Shown in pieces: positions 47,170-58,676 of a DNA stretch of 64,000 nt (positions within the stretch are counted from its first letter, which is position 1; each line of letters opens with the position of its first letter). The notes beneath the pieces are model-generated. The model made no database searches and was not told the origin of the DNA. It was given only the letters and a program-made list of their open reading frames with translations. The position numbers and the translations under genes were made by a program. The stretch spans positions 166,471 through 230,470 of the forward strand of contig JANRKX010000046.1 in assembly GCA_033763255.1 (NCBI GenBank), written 5' to 3'. The stretch comes from Acidobacteriota bacterium (GTDB lineage: Bacteria > Acidobacteriota > Blastocatellia > RBC074).

Positions 47170-50100
47170 ATGCGAACCACACACACACTCAAAAAACACT
47201 TGCGGCGCGCCTTGTTGGCCGCCTTCGCTTTTGTTCTGTTAACTGCTTTGTCGTTTGCGTTCACACCGCTTTCAGCGGTTATGGCCAAATTGGGCGTGAG
47301 CAAACCGGTGAAACAGCTTTTGATGGCATCCGAGCGGCAAATCCCAACGAAGTTGCCAGTCAAGGAAGAAGCCAAACAATTGGTAGCTAATCCAGTGGCA
47401 GTTTCTAACGCTGCTGGCGCAACGGCGACGATGTTCGATGCTCCGATCACCAAAATTGCCAGCCCACCGAATGGGACGGCGGTTTCGGGCGGCCAGTTGA
47501 TTACCTACACCGTCACTGTAACGAATGATGCGGCGGTGGACGAAACGTTCGGAACCAACCTGCTTCGCGTCCGAGATGTCATCCCGACGAACACGACTTA
47601 TGAGCCGGGCACAGTCGCCATTTTGCAACAGCCCGGAAATGGTTCTTCAGCGTGGACGTGCAGCTTTGACGGCGGCAACAATCGCATTGAATGTCTGACC
47701 GCGGCAGGCGGGATTTTGCGTGAATTCGCTGTCTTCAAATTCGAGTTCAAGGTTCGCGTCAACAGCAGCGCGACGGGAGCCATCGTCAGCAACCAGGCGC
47801 AATTCTTTAACGAGCAGCAATCCGGCGTCGGAGTTGCGACCAACAGTTCCAACACGACCAACCATCCGGTGGCCCAGGCGGATTTGGGAATTACCAAAGC
47901 GACCAGCAACGCGAACCCCGTGAACGGCGGCGCAGCGTTCAGCTACACGCTGACCGTTACCAACAACGGGCCGGGTGCTGCTTTTGGCGTTGTGGTGACT
48001 GACCCGATGCCAGCGGGCATCGTTTTTCAAAACGTGTCTGTGGTGAATTCCAACGTCGGCGGTTTGGGGCTGACTTGTTCAGGCCCTCCTGTGGGAACCA
48101 ATGGCGTAGTCAGTTGTACCGGCAATTTCCCGGCTCCCAGCCCAGCGATTCCGACTTCGGTGATTACGATTGTCGCCCAGGCGGCGGCGAACCAGGCTGG
48201 TGGTAACCGTACAAACACCGCAACTGTTTCTTCCAATACGCAAGAACCGACGCCAAATGCTTTCCCGAACAGTGCTTCCGTTGGTCAGGTGCTACAGGTC
48301 AACGCGCCGCTGTCCATTTCCAAAACGGGACCGGCATCGGTTTGCACTGGTGATACGTTTACCTATCAAATTTCGCTCAATAACGGCGGGCAGAGCACTG
48401 CAATCAATGCGACCATTTCCGATCCTCTTCCTGCCAACACGACATTTGTTTCAATGAACGGCACTGGCCCGTTTGCCAACGGATGTTCGCACAATGGCGG
48501 TATACCAGGAACGGTAACTTGTTCGGCGATAGATGTTCCCAGCGGTCTTCACACCTTGAACCTCACGGTGAAGCTCAACGCGAATGCTCCGTTTGGAACT
48601 CTGCAAAACACGGCGACCATCCTTACCGCCGGGACCGGTACGATTGCAGTCGGTTCTTCGACGGTCACGACCGGAGTAAACCATTGTGCCGATCTGGCAG
48701 TCAGCAAAACGGCTCCGGGGTCAGTTGTTGCGGGTTCGACGGTTGATTACCTGATCAAAGTGACCAACAACGGCCCAAGCCCCATCAATGGTGGCGCGAA
48801 TCCCGGCGTGATTACGATTATGGATACGTTGCCTGCTCAGGTGCTCACTTTGATTTCGGCGAGAGCCGGAACCGGCGAGGCAGGCGGGTTCACCTGCACA
48901 CCGGCTGGGCCGCTGACTCCGGCTGGAGGCGTCAAGATTACTTGCGTAAACGCCGCCGGAGCCGCAGGCGATTTTCCGGCGGGAGCAATGACGACAATCG
49001 TGTTGAAAGTCGTCATTGGCTCGAACGCCACGCCCGGAACCAACATTGAAAATTGCGCGATGATTTCCGCGCCGTCCGCTGGACCGATTACCAATCCTGG
49101 CGGGCAATTCGATCTGAACACGTCGAACAACACCTCGTGCGCGTCTTCTGTGGTTACATCGTCTGCTGATTTGGCGACCAGCAAATCGGCTTTGCCGGTA
49201 GTTGACCCCGATGGAGCAGGGCCGTTGCCGCCAGTGGCGTTGCCCGTCGTTGGACCAAATGTGCCGCCCGGTTCGGTCAATGCTGGCGGTTATATCCGTT
49301 ACGATCTGCCGTTCGGAAACAATGGGCCGTCCGATGCGATCAATGTCATGCTTTCGGATCAGATTCCCGGCAACACCGCTTTCGTGGGCGCATTGGCCAC
49401 CGGCGGCGTGTTTGTTCCGGCAGCCCAACCTCCGGCAATTCCTTTTTCTTTCACGATTCAGGCCGCTGACGGAGTTGCGCCGCTTGGCCCGAACGTCAAT
49501 CTGACTTGCACGGTCAACGGAGCGCCCGGCAGCCAGGCGATTTACTGCCGTCCGCAAGGAAACACCGGACTAACGCCGTCTTACGCCGATGGCACATTGC
49601 CCGCCGGGTACACCGGTCAGTTGACGTTTTTTGTGAAGGTCAATGAATCGGTTGCGGGCGGAACGATTGTGTCGAACCCGGCCAATATCGCTTCTGGGCT
49701 TTGCCCGAACGCGAATGTGCCGATATTCCCGCCGGTCGTTTGCGGCGGCACAGATGATCCGAACACATCGAACAACACCACGTTGCCGACGCAAACGGTA
49801 GTCATCGCTTCGTCAAATCTGTCCATCAGCAAGATCGTTCAATCGGCTGTGACTTCGGCCAGCAACCCAAATCAAACAGGGCCACTTGGGCCGGCGACCC
49901 CGCCGAACGGAACGATCACGACGGGCACGGCGGTTTTGCCGGGCACGTTCCTAACTTACCGCATCACGCTGACCAACAACGGCCCATCGGATGTGTCAAA
50001 CATTCGGTTGACGGATGTGTTGCCTTCAGGGCTGGAAACGCCGCCGGGCCGAGTGCTTGGCGTGAAATATGTTTCGGTGACTCCTGTGCTGCCGTCCGGC

Positions 50101-52758
50101 GCGACGTTTACCTGCGCGCCGCCGACCGGCGTCAATCCGAGCAATAATCCGCAAGGCAATGGCGGTTCTCTGGTTTGCACGGCTCCGCTATTGTCGGCCA
50201 ACGCACCTAATAACATTGCAGCAATTGATGTCACAGTTTTCATTGACCCGGCGACGAAAGCCAATCTGGTGGACACGGCGACGTTTGACGCCACCATCAA
50301 CAACATCAATCGTCCGGTTTCCGGTTCGACGACGTTGACCACGCCTGTGGCTGCGACTTCCGATCTGGCGCTGACCAAAACGCACACCAATTCCGCCGGA
50401 GTTGTTGGCGGTCCGGTGACAGCCGGAACCAGCGGCAATTTGTACAACGTCACAGTCACCAACAATGGGCCGAGCGCCGCGCAGATGTTCAATCTGGTGG
50501 ACACGCTGCCGCCTTTCCAGAAAATCACCAACATCCAGGTTGGGCGATTGGATGGTAATGGCAATTTCGTGACGCCGAATGCCAAAGACGGAAATGGCAA
50601 TCCGAACGTCATCTGCACGGCGGTTCCGCCAGTTGGTTCTCCGGGCAATACCACAAGCGTGACATGCACGGCTGCGGAATTGCCGCCGAACAAGAATCCT
50701 GATGGAACGGTCAATCCGGCAGGCACGTTCATTGTTCGCCTGACCTTCACGCAAGATGCGTTTACGCCGCAACCGATTCCGATTTCATATCAGAATTGTG
50801 TGACGGCGACCTCGATGTCCACAGACCCTGTTCCGGGGAACAACACCAATATCTGCGACACGGTTCCGGTCGCTTTTGCGGCTGATTTATCGGGAACGAA
50901 GACGGCGGAACCTGACCCGGTGATTGCTGGCAACCTGTTGACGTATACCATCACGGCCAACAACGCCGGGCCAAGCGCGGCTTTCAATCTGATGATTACT
51001 GATCCGCTGCCTGTTGGGACGGTGTTTATCTCGGCAGTGGCTTCGGCTGGGGCGACTTTGATGACGCCTGCTGTGAACGCCAATGGCATTGTCAAAGCTA
51101 CCTGGGATGCGGCTGGCGGCACGGCGGGCGGTTTGACCGGGCCGGGCGTCGTTCGCACGCTGACCATCGTTGTTCGCGTTTGTCCGGACTTCCAGCAGAT
51201 TCGCAACCTGACGGATGCTCAAATGTGCGTGCCGAACATGTTGAACACGGCAACGATCAGTTCGGATACGACCGATCCGAATCCGAATAACAACACGGCG
51301 TCGTTCACTTCGACGGTGCAGGCGCAATCCGATCTTTCGATCAGCAAAACGGTCGCGCCGAATCCAGCGCCTTACAGCACGACGGGCACGCCCTCGAACG
51401 TTACTTACACGTTGACGTTTGCGAATGCCGGCCCGTCCAATGCCAATGGCGTGACGATTGTGGACGTGTTGCCGAAAGGTTTCACCGTTGTTGGAACACC
51501 GACTTCGACAGTTCCGGGAACGACGTTCACCATCACGACGGCGGGAACAGACATTACGACCGTTGTCGCCAATCTGGGAGTTTTGGGCGCGGCGAATCAA
51601 TGCCAGTTCACGCGACCGATCAGCGGCACAGTCACGATCGTGGCGCGCGTGCCGATCAAACATCCGACAATTACCGTGACCAACACGGCGACGATTGCTT
51701 CGACCAACTGCCTGCCCGAAACTGGCACGCTGGCGGTGCAGACCAATCCGTTGTCGGGCGAACCGGCGATCATCACGCCGGGCACGGGAATGTTGGCCAA
51801 CAACCGCGCCTTTGCCGATCTGCGAGTCATTCCGCCGACAACGACTCCGGGCGGTGCGTTCCCTGCATTGTCCGAAGCCAGCGATCAGAAAGAAGGCTCC
51901 GTGCTGTTCTATCCGATCTACACTTCGGACGCGACCAACTCCAACTCGCAAAACACGCGCCTGAATATCACCAACACATCAGGAACCGAAAAAGTCACCG
52001 TTCACCTGTTCGCGGTGGATGGCGCGAGTTGTGCCGTGCTGGACGCTTTCCTGTGCCTGACGCCGAATCAGACGTCCTCGTTCCTGGCTTCGGACTTCGA
52101 TCCGGGCAACACGGGCTACCTGATTGCGGTCGCGGTGGATGACAACAATGGAATTCCGCGTGCCTTCAACGAATTGATCGGCGATGAGTACGTCAAATTC
52201 TCTTCGGGGCATCAAGCCAATCTGTCTGCGGTGGCGATTGCTTCATCAATGATTTTCCCGGCGGGTCCGAACCCGAATGTGACGACTGCGACGTTGCGAT
52301 TCGACGGTATGAATTACAACCGACTGCCGCGCATTCTGGTTGCCGACAGTATCGGTAGTCGTGCCGAAGGCAATTCGACCATGTTGGTCGTCAATCGCAT
52401 CGGCGGTGACATGACCACATCGGGCGCATTGATCGGCAACCTCAACGGCCAGTTGTACGATGATGCCGAAAACTCGTTCAGCTTCACGGCGAACGTGGCC
52501 TCGTGCCAGTTGCGTCGTTTGCTGGACAACACTTTCCCGCGTACTTTCACGCCGTTTGATCGAGTGCTTCCGGCTGGTCGCACAGGTTGGATGAAGTTCT
52601 GGACGGTCAACGACACTGCATTGTTGGGCGCACAGATCAATTTCAATCCGAATGCGAGTTCGTCCGCAGGCGCATTCAATCAGGGACACAACCTGCATCA
52701 TCTGACGCTGACCGATGCAGTGACACTGGTGATTCCTGTGTTCATTCCGTCCTGTTAA
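47170..52758 (+). CDS. Giant secreted DUF11 (conserved repeat domain) protein with the same ~290-aa C-terminal domain (terminal Cys) as the LTD protein at 30644-33562
   Basis: Signal peptide MRTTHTLKKHLRRALLAAFAFVLLTALSFA. More than 10 DUF11-type units (L.ISKT....V..G....Y.I...N.GPS.A.N...TD.LP.G..F). The C-terminus runs SDQKEGSVLFYPIYTS...NQGHNLHHLTLTDAVTLVIPVFIPSC*. Confidence 0.8.
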   Translation: MRTTHTLKKHLRRALLAAFAFVLLTALSFAFTPLSAVMAKLGVSKPVKQLLMASERQIPTKLPVKEEAKQLVANPVAVSNAAGATATMFDAPITKIASPPNGTAVSGGQLITYTVTVTNDAAVDETFGTNLLRVRDVIPTNTTYEPGTVAILQQPGNGSSAWTCSFDGGNNRIECLTAAGGILREFAVFKFEFKVRVNSSATGAIVSNQAQFFNEQQSGVGVATNSSNTTNHPVAQADLGITKATSNANPVNGGAAFSYTLTVTNNGPGAAFGVVVTDPMPAGIVFQNVSVVNSNVGGLGLTCSGPPVGTNGVVSCTGNFPAPSPAIPTSVITIVAQAAANQAGGNRTNTATVSSNTQEPTPNAFPNSASVGQVLQVNAPLSISKTGPASVCTGDTFTYQISLNNGGQSTAINATISDPLPANTTFVSMNGTGPFANGCSHNGGIPGTVTCSAIDVPSGLHTLNLTVKLNANAPFGTLQNTATILTAGTGTIAVGSSTVTTGVNHCADLAVSKTAPGSVVAGSTVDYLIKVTNNGPSPINGGANPGVITIMDTLPAQVLTLISARAGTGEAGGFTCTPAGPLTPAGGVKITCVNAAGAAGDFPAGAMTTIVLKVVIGSNATPGTNIENCAMISAPSAGPITNPGGQFDLNTSNNTSCASSVVTSSADLATSKSALPVVDPDGAGPLPPVALPVVGPNVPPGSVNAGGYIRYDLPFGNNGPSDAINVMLSDQIPGNTAFVGALATGGVFVPAAQPPAIPFSFTIQAADGVAPLGPNVNLTCTVNGAPGSQAIYCRPQGNTGLTPSYADGTLPAGYTGQLTFFVKVNESVAGGTIVSNPANIASGLCPNANVPIFPPVVCGGTDDPNTSNNTTLPTQTVVIASSNLSISKIVQSAVTSASNPNQTGPLGPATPPNGTITTGTAVLPGTFLTYRITLTNNGPSDVSNIRLTDVLPSGLETPPGRVLGVKYVSVTPVLPSGATFTCAPPTGVNPSNNPQGNGGSLVCTAPLLSANAPNNIAAIDVTVFIDPATKANLVDTATFDATINNINRPVSGSTTLTTPVAATSDLALTKTHTNSAGVVGGPVTAGTSGNLYNVTVTNNGPSAAQMFNLVDTLPPFQKITNIQVGRLDGNGNFVTPNAKDGNGNPNVICTAVPPVGSPGNTTSVTCTAAELPPNKNPDGTVNPAGTFIVRLTFTQDAFTPQPIPISYQNCVTATSMSTDPVPGNNTNICDTVPVAFAADLSGTKTAEPDPVIAGNLLTYTITANNAGPSAAFNLMITDPLPVGTVFISAVASAGATLMTPAVNANGIVKATWDAAGGTAGGLTGPGVVRTLTIVVRVCPDFQQIRNLTDAQMCVPNMLNTATISSDTTDPNPNNNTASFTSTVQAQSDLSISKTVAPNPAPYSTTGTPSNVTYTLTFANAGPSNANGVTIVDVLPKGFTVVGTPTSTVPGTTFTITTAGTDITTVVANLGVLGAANQCQFTRPISGTVTIVARVPIKHPTITVTNTATIASTNCLPETGTLAVQTNPLSGEPAIITPGTGMLANNRAFADLRVIPPTTTPGGAFPALSEASDQKEGSVLFYPIYTSDATNSNSQNTRLNITNTSGTEKVTVHLFAVDGASCAVLDAFLCLTPNQTSSFLASDFDPGNTGYLIAVAVDDNNGIPRAFNELIGDEYVKFSSGHQANLSAVAIASSMIFPAGPNPNVTTATLRFDGMNYNRLPRILVADSIGSRAEGNSTMLVVNRIGGDMTTSGALIGNLNGQLYDDAENSFSFTANVASCQLRRLLDNTFPRTFTPFDRVLPAGRTGWMKFWTVNDTALLGAQINFNPNASSSAGAFNQGHNLHHLTLTDAVTLVIPVFIPSC

Positions 52759-52765
52759 TCATCGC

Positions 52766-52882
52766 AGGTCAGGTTGGAAAACCTGACCTGCCTTTCTGGC
52801 GCTACGGAGATTTCTGTGGAGGCCAAACGCAAAAAACAAAGGAGCAAAGATTCAGAGGAATCTTTGCTCCTTTGTTTTTTGA
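52766..52882. terminator. Two hairpin terminators between convergent genes (gcaggtcaggtt-ggaaa-acctgacctgc; caaaaaacaaaggagcaaagattc-agag-gaatctttgctcctttgttttttg)
   Basis: Perfect stems; the second is flanked by A6/T6 and so reads as bidirectional. Confidence 0.65.
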
Positions 52883-52930
52883 AAAGCTATTCGCCTACAC
52901 AAATCACTTAGGCTACTGATTCGATCGGCG

Positions 52931-54379
<1,449 letters not shown>

Positions 54380-54403
54380 TTCAAGTTTCTCCTCTTGAAG
54401 TTC

Positions 54404-54465
54404 GTTTGTAGTTCCGCCTTTAGGCGGTTGCGCGGCTTCAGCCGCCTAAAGGCGGAACTACAAAC
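54404..54465. repeat. Perfect 24-bp-stem hairpin (gtttgtagttccgcctttaggcgg / ccgcctaaaggcggaactacaaac) in the 5' UTR just upstream of the CysO-MoeZ RBS
   Basis: Exact reverse-complement arms and a 14-nt loop. The arms themselves contain the nested palindrome ccgcctttaggcgg. Confidence 0.5.
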
Positions 54466-54471
54466 GCGCGT

Positions 54472-54894
54472 TTATAAAATTATTTCTTCTTCGTCGAACT
54501 GCGAACGGTCTTCGCGCACAGTCCAGGCGCGGACTTCTTCGGCTTTACCATCGCGGACGGAAACAATCACATAAGACCATTCGATGAACGGCGCGTGATC
54601 CAGGTCAAATCCCGAAGGCACAGCCGGATGATTCGGGTGCGAATGGTAATAACCCCACACGCCCAAATCGCGTTTGGCGGCTTCGCGTTCGGCTTTGGCG
54701 TAATCCAGCGGACTGATTTCGACGCGATTGTGGCGCGAATCTTTGCGGATGTTTTCCAGCGGCAGGACTTCGCGGATGACGCGCACGTCGTTTTCCATCA
54801 CGCCAAGCAGCAAGCCGCCGCATTCTTCAGGGAAGGTTCGTTCGCCGTGCTCACGAATTGTTTTCAGGTGTTCTTCGGTTAGTTGTACGCTCAT
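54472..54894 (-). CDS. JAMM/MPN+ metalloprotease (Mec+-like, CysO-Cys / GG-specific isopeptidase)
   Basis: E...HSHPNHPAVPSGFD (JAMM motif EXnHS/THX7SXXD); 140 aa. Its start overlaps the cysM stop. Confidence 0.8.
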   Translation of the reverse strand: MSVQLTEEHLKTIREHGERTFPEECGGLLLGVMENDVRVIREVLPLENIRKDSRHNRVEISPLDYAKAEREAAKRDLGVWGYYHSHPNHPAVPSGFDLDHAPFIEWSYVIVSVRDGKAEEVRAWTVREDRSQFDEEEIIL

Positions 54895-55805
54895 TCTTCT
54901 GTCCAGAATTTATCGCTCAAGTAACGACTGCCGCCATCACACAAAATTGTAACAATCACGCCGCTTTCAATCTGTGAGGCAACTTGCAATGCCGCGACGA
55001 TGTTGGCCGCTGCCGAAACGCCTACGAACCAGCCTTCGCGTTTGGCCAGTTGGCGAACCATCGCGTGAGCCTCTTCGGTTTGAATTTCCATCTCTTCATC
55101 GGCCAGCGTCGGGTCGTAAATGCCCGGCACGATGGCCGTGGGCATGTGCTTCATGCCTTCCAGACCGTGATACGGCGAATCCGGCTGCATGGAAATCAAC
55201 CGCACCGACGGTTTCAATTCGCGCAGGCGGCGGCTGACTCCGACAAAAGTTCCGCTGGTTCCCAATCCCGCGACAAAGTGAGTGATGCGTCCGCCGGTTT
55301 GCTCGAAAATTTCTGGCGCAGTGGTTTCGTAATGCGAACGCCAGTTGGCCGTGTTGTTGTATTGATCCAGATAAACGTATTTATCCGGGTGTTCGGCCAC
55401 GCGACGACGGACTTCGATGATTGCGCCGTCGGTTCCCGCCATCGGATCGGTCAAGACCACGTGCGCGCCAAAAGCCTGCAAGATGCGTTTGCGTTCGGCG
55501 CTGGCATTTTGCGGCAAACACAATTCGACTTTGTAACCCAGCGCCGCGCCGAGCATCGCGTAAGCGATTCCCGTATTGCCGCTGGTGGCGTCAATGATGG
55601 TTTTGTCTTTGGTCAGCCAGCCGGATGCTTCTGCCTGCCGAATCATCTTCAACGCCGGACGATCTTTGACCGAACCGCCAGGATTCGCCCATTCGGCTTT
55701 GGCGTAAATTTCAACCCTTGGATTGGGATTGAGATTCGTCAGCCTGAGCAGTGGGGTGTTGCCAATGAGTTCAGCCAACGAGGAAGTAGCGACAACAGTA
55801 GGCAT
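54891..55805 (-). CDS. cysM: Cysteine synthase (CysM-type, PLP-dependent; likely O-phosphoserine/thiocarboxylate-dependent)
   Basis: PLP-binding lysine region NPGGSVKDRPA; the GNTG loop (TSGNTGIAYA); glycine-rich GLGTSGT. Confidence 0.85.
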   Translation of the reverse strand: MPTVVATSSLAELIGNTPLLRLTNLNPNPRVEIYAKAEWANPGGSVKDRPALKMIRQAEASGWLTKDKTIIDATSGNTGIAYAMLGAALGYKVELCLPQNASAERKRILQAFGAHVVLTDPMAGTDGAIIEVRRRVAEHPDKYVYLDQYNNTANWRSHYETTAPEIFEQTGGRITHFVAGLGTSGTFVGVSRRLRELKPSVRLISMQPDSPYHGLEGMKHMPTAIVPGIYDPTLADEEMEIQTEEAHAMVRQLAKREGWFVGVSAAANIVAALQVASQIESGVIVTILCDGGSRYLSDKFWTEE

Positions 55806-55972
55806 AGAAACAGCAACAATAAAAATTGGTGATTTTGAAATGGCGGCGGGAATTTGGAGTGCGGCGATTTGTCGCCGCTTTGGCGTTCATTGCCGAGCGT
55901 TTCAAGGTCCGGCAAATGTATCCGCAGCCAATGCCAAAGCTGCGTCAAGCCGCAGCACTCCAAAAGCGCGCT

Positions 55973-56608
55973 TTATTTGCCGGGTTGCGGCACGATTCGC
56001 AGATATGGTTTCAGGGTCTTCCATCCGCCTGGGAATTTTTCTTTGGCGGCTTCGTCAGAAACAGCCGGAACGATGATGACATCATCGCCGTCTTTCCAAT
56101 TGACCGGAGTCGCCACGCTGTATTTCGCCGTCAGTTGCAACGAATCAATCACACGCAAAATTTCAGGGAAGTTACGACCGGTGCTGGCCGGATAAGTCAG
56201 CGTCAATTTCACTTTCTTGTCCGGGCCGATGACAAAAACCGAACGCACGGTGAAAGTGTCGTTGGCGTTCGGATGAATCATTTCGTACAGGTCAGAAACT
56301 TTCTTGTCGGCGTCGGCAATGACCGGGAAGTTCAAGGCGTGACCTTGAGTTTCCTTGATGTCTTCAGCCCATTTGTTGTGCGAATCCGCCGGGTCAACGC
56401 TCAGGCCGATGATCTTGACGTTGCGTTTGTCGAATTCCGGTTTCAGCCGAGAGGCTTCGCCAAGTTCGGTGGTGCAGACAGGAGTAAAATCTTTAGGGTG
56501 AGAAAACAAAACGCCCCAGCTATCGCCGAGCCATTCGTGAAAATTGATTGAGCCTTCGTTGGTTTGCGCTGTGAAATCAGGCGCGGTGTCGCCTAAACGT
56601 ATAGACAT
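55973..56608 (-). CDS. 1-Cys peroxiredoxin (Prx6-like, AhpC/TSA family)
   Basis: FTPVCTTE peroxidatic Cys motif; 211 aa, typical of 1-Cys Prx. Confidence 0.9.
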   Translation of the reverse strand: MSIRLGDTAPDFTAQTNEGSINFHEWLGDSWGVLFSHPKDFTPVCTTELGEASRLKPEFDKRNVKIIGLSVDPADSHNKWAEDIKETQGHALNFPVIADADKKVSDLYEMIHPNANDTFTVRSVFVIGPDKKVKLTLTYPASTGRNFPEILRVIDSLQLTAKYSVATPVNWKDGDDVIIVPAVSDEAAKEKFPGGWKTLKPYLRIVPQPGK

Positions 56609-56916
56609 AATCTTCTCCTTTGCAGGTTTTTGAGGTTGTGGAAAAAGTTGAAGACGCCGGGTTGTTTACCGGCAACAACAAGAGCAGGTACAAGGACAAC
56701 AGCAGATTGTTTGGCGTGAATGAATCATTGCGTTGTTGAAAACGGGGGCATCATAGCCCCGCGAATCTTTTTGTCAAGATGACAGGCAGACAGGGCTTTG
56801 GCACGCGATAAGCAAAAATGCGCGAAGCGAGAGAAATCTCGCTTCGCGCATTTTTTCAGTTGGGCCGCAAAGGCGTTTTTGCCGAAGCCGGTTTCGGCAA
56901 ATGTGAGGAAGGCTTT

Positions 56917-58620
56917 TCAACGTGCTTCCAGGCTGGAAAACGTCACCCACACTTTTTTGCCATTGATGCTTTGGTTGGTGATACGCACCTTGCCGGAGGC
57001 CACAGCAGTCCGCGTTGCAACGACGCCGCTGAGGTTCCATCGGTAAAATCCTTTCTGGCCTTTGCCCGTGCTGTTGTCCTGGCCGCTGTCCACGGGCAGG
57101 TAAGCCGAAGCCACCAACGTCGAGCCGCGGTAGTAATCCACCTTCAGCGTGCCAGCCCATCCGGTTTCAGAGCGGTAGTTGATGTTTACAAACACGCTCG
57201 ACGGGGTTGGCGCGTTGTAAGCCGGATCAGCGTAATCGGTTTGCCACCAATATGTCGGGCCGGATTCAATTTCGCACTTGAACTCTTCGCCGGCGGTGTT
57301 CAGGTCACGTTTGGGTTCATCGCCGTCAGGGCCACCTGGCCGGTAAGCCTTGCCCGTTTTGTTATCGTAAACACTGGTGGCTTCGAGCATTGAGAGAGCT
57401 TCGAGTGCCGCGCGAAAGTCTGCGCGCACGCTGCCTAATTTGCCAGCGTAATTGTTGTTGATTGCGTCCAGCGTCTGGCCGTATCCAGTGATTTTGCCGC
57501 GCAGCACATTGCGGTCGAGCGCAAGATTCGGAGCCAGCAGCAATGCCGCTTCCCCCGAAATCAACGCGGTCGAAAACGACGTGCCATCCCACCAGGCCCA
57601 TCGGTTGCCCGGAAAGGCGCTGTAAACTCCTGCGCCCGGCGCGGACACGTCAACGCTGAGTCCGTAGTTGGCAAACGAGGCTTTGTAATCGTTCCAGGAA
57701 TTGGTGGCTGTGACTGCAATCGTCGTGTCATCCATTGCCGGGTAATTCACCTGCTCCAGATTGGCATTGCCTGCTGAAGCAACCAACACAACTTTTCGCG
57801 CCTCGGCGTATTCCATCGCGTTTTCAATCAATTCGTCTTCGTCGAGCAGCCCGAAGCTCATATTGATAATGTGGACTCCATAATTTGCGGCGTGGCGAAT
57901 CGCCCTGGCGATGTTGAAGCTTGACCCTCGACCGTCGCTGCCGAAAGCGCGCAATGGCATCACCCGCGCATCAGGCGCTGCCAGCGCAATCAACCCGGCG
58001 ACGAAAGTGCCGTGTCCGCCGCCCGGCCCGGTCAGTTCGTCCATCGGATAAGGATCGTTTGCGGCAAAGTCGTAATACGGGCCAATGATTTTCCCTGTCA
58101 GCAGCGGATGATAAAAATCAATCCCGGTATCAATTACAGCTACTTTCACGCCCGCGCCGCGGCTGATTTGGTGCGCTTCGTTGATGCGTACGCGCAAAGC
58201 CGGTGGCTGGCCGTAAAAGCTCACTGGCGATTGGCCGTCAATGAAAGCAAGGCTGCGTTGGTCAATGAAAGCCAGGCTTCGTTGCCTGACCTCCGGCGAT
58301 TGATGCTCGAAATTGGGCTGGGCTGAAATCAGGTCCGGGTCGGACGCAATCTCATTCAATTTCGACTCGACGTCCGTTCCCACCTGGAGTCCCAGCCGAT
58401 AGGTGGTCGTTCCAGGCAGCGTTTCCAGTGTGAAAGTGCCATTTCGAGCATTGAATTGGTTGATGTTTGCCCCAGTCCTGAGCGTGACGATGATTTCACC
58501 AGGGCGATAATCGTCATTGAAATCGTCCCCACTGGCAATAAACGGCGGCAGAGCCAATGCCAGAATCAGGGTGCAAAAGCAGGTCAGCTTGAAAATTGTG
58601 GGCATTTTTTTTCTTTTCAT
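56917..58620 (-). CDS. Secreted S8 (subtilisin-family) serine peptidase
   Basis: Signal peptide; VAVIDTGID (Asp), GHGTFVAGLIA (His), GTSFSTALISGEAALL (Ser). It contains an in-frame 24-bp tandem duplication (QRSLAFIDQRSLAFID). Confidence 0.85.
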   Translation of the reverse strand: MKRKKMPTIFKLTCFCTLILALALPPFIASGDDFNDDYRPGEIIVTLRTGANINQFNARNGTFTLETLPGTTTYRLGLQVGTDVESKLNEIASDPDLISAQPNFEHQSPEVRQRSLAFIDQRSLAFIDGQSPVSFYGQPPALRVRINEAHQISRGAGVKVAVIDTGIDFYHPLLTGKIIGPYYDFAANDPYPMDELTGPGGGHGTFVAGLIALAAPDARVMPLRAFGSDGRGSSFNIARAIRHAANYGVHIINMSFGLLDEDELIENAMEYAEARKVVLVASAGNANLEQVNYPAMDDTTIAVTATNSWNDYKASFANYGLSVDVSAPGAGVYSAFPGNRWAWWDGTSFSTALISGEAALLLAPNLALDRNVLRGKITGYGQTLDAINNNYAGKLGSVRADFRAALEALSMLEATSVYDNKTGKAYRPGGPDGDEPKRDLNTAGEEFKCEIESGPTYWWQTDYADPAYNAPTPSSVFVNINYRSETGWAGTLKVDYYRGSTLVASAYLPVDSGQDNSTGKGQKGFYRWNLSGVVATRTAVASGKVRITNQSINGKKVWVTFSSLEAR

Positions 58621-58676
58621 GTTGTCTACTCCGTGAAGTGTTTGTGGTCAGGGGAGTTTGACGACGGGGGCGGTTG

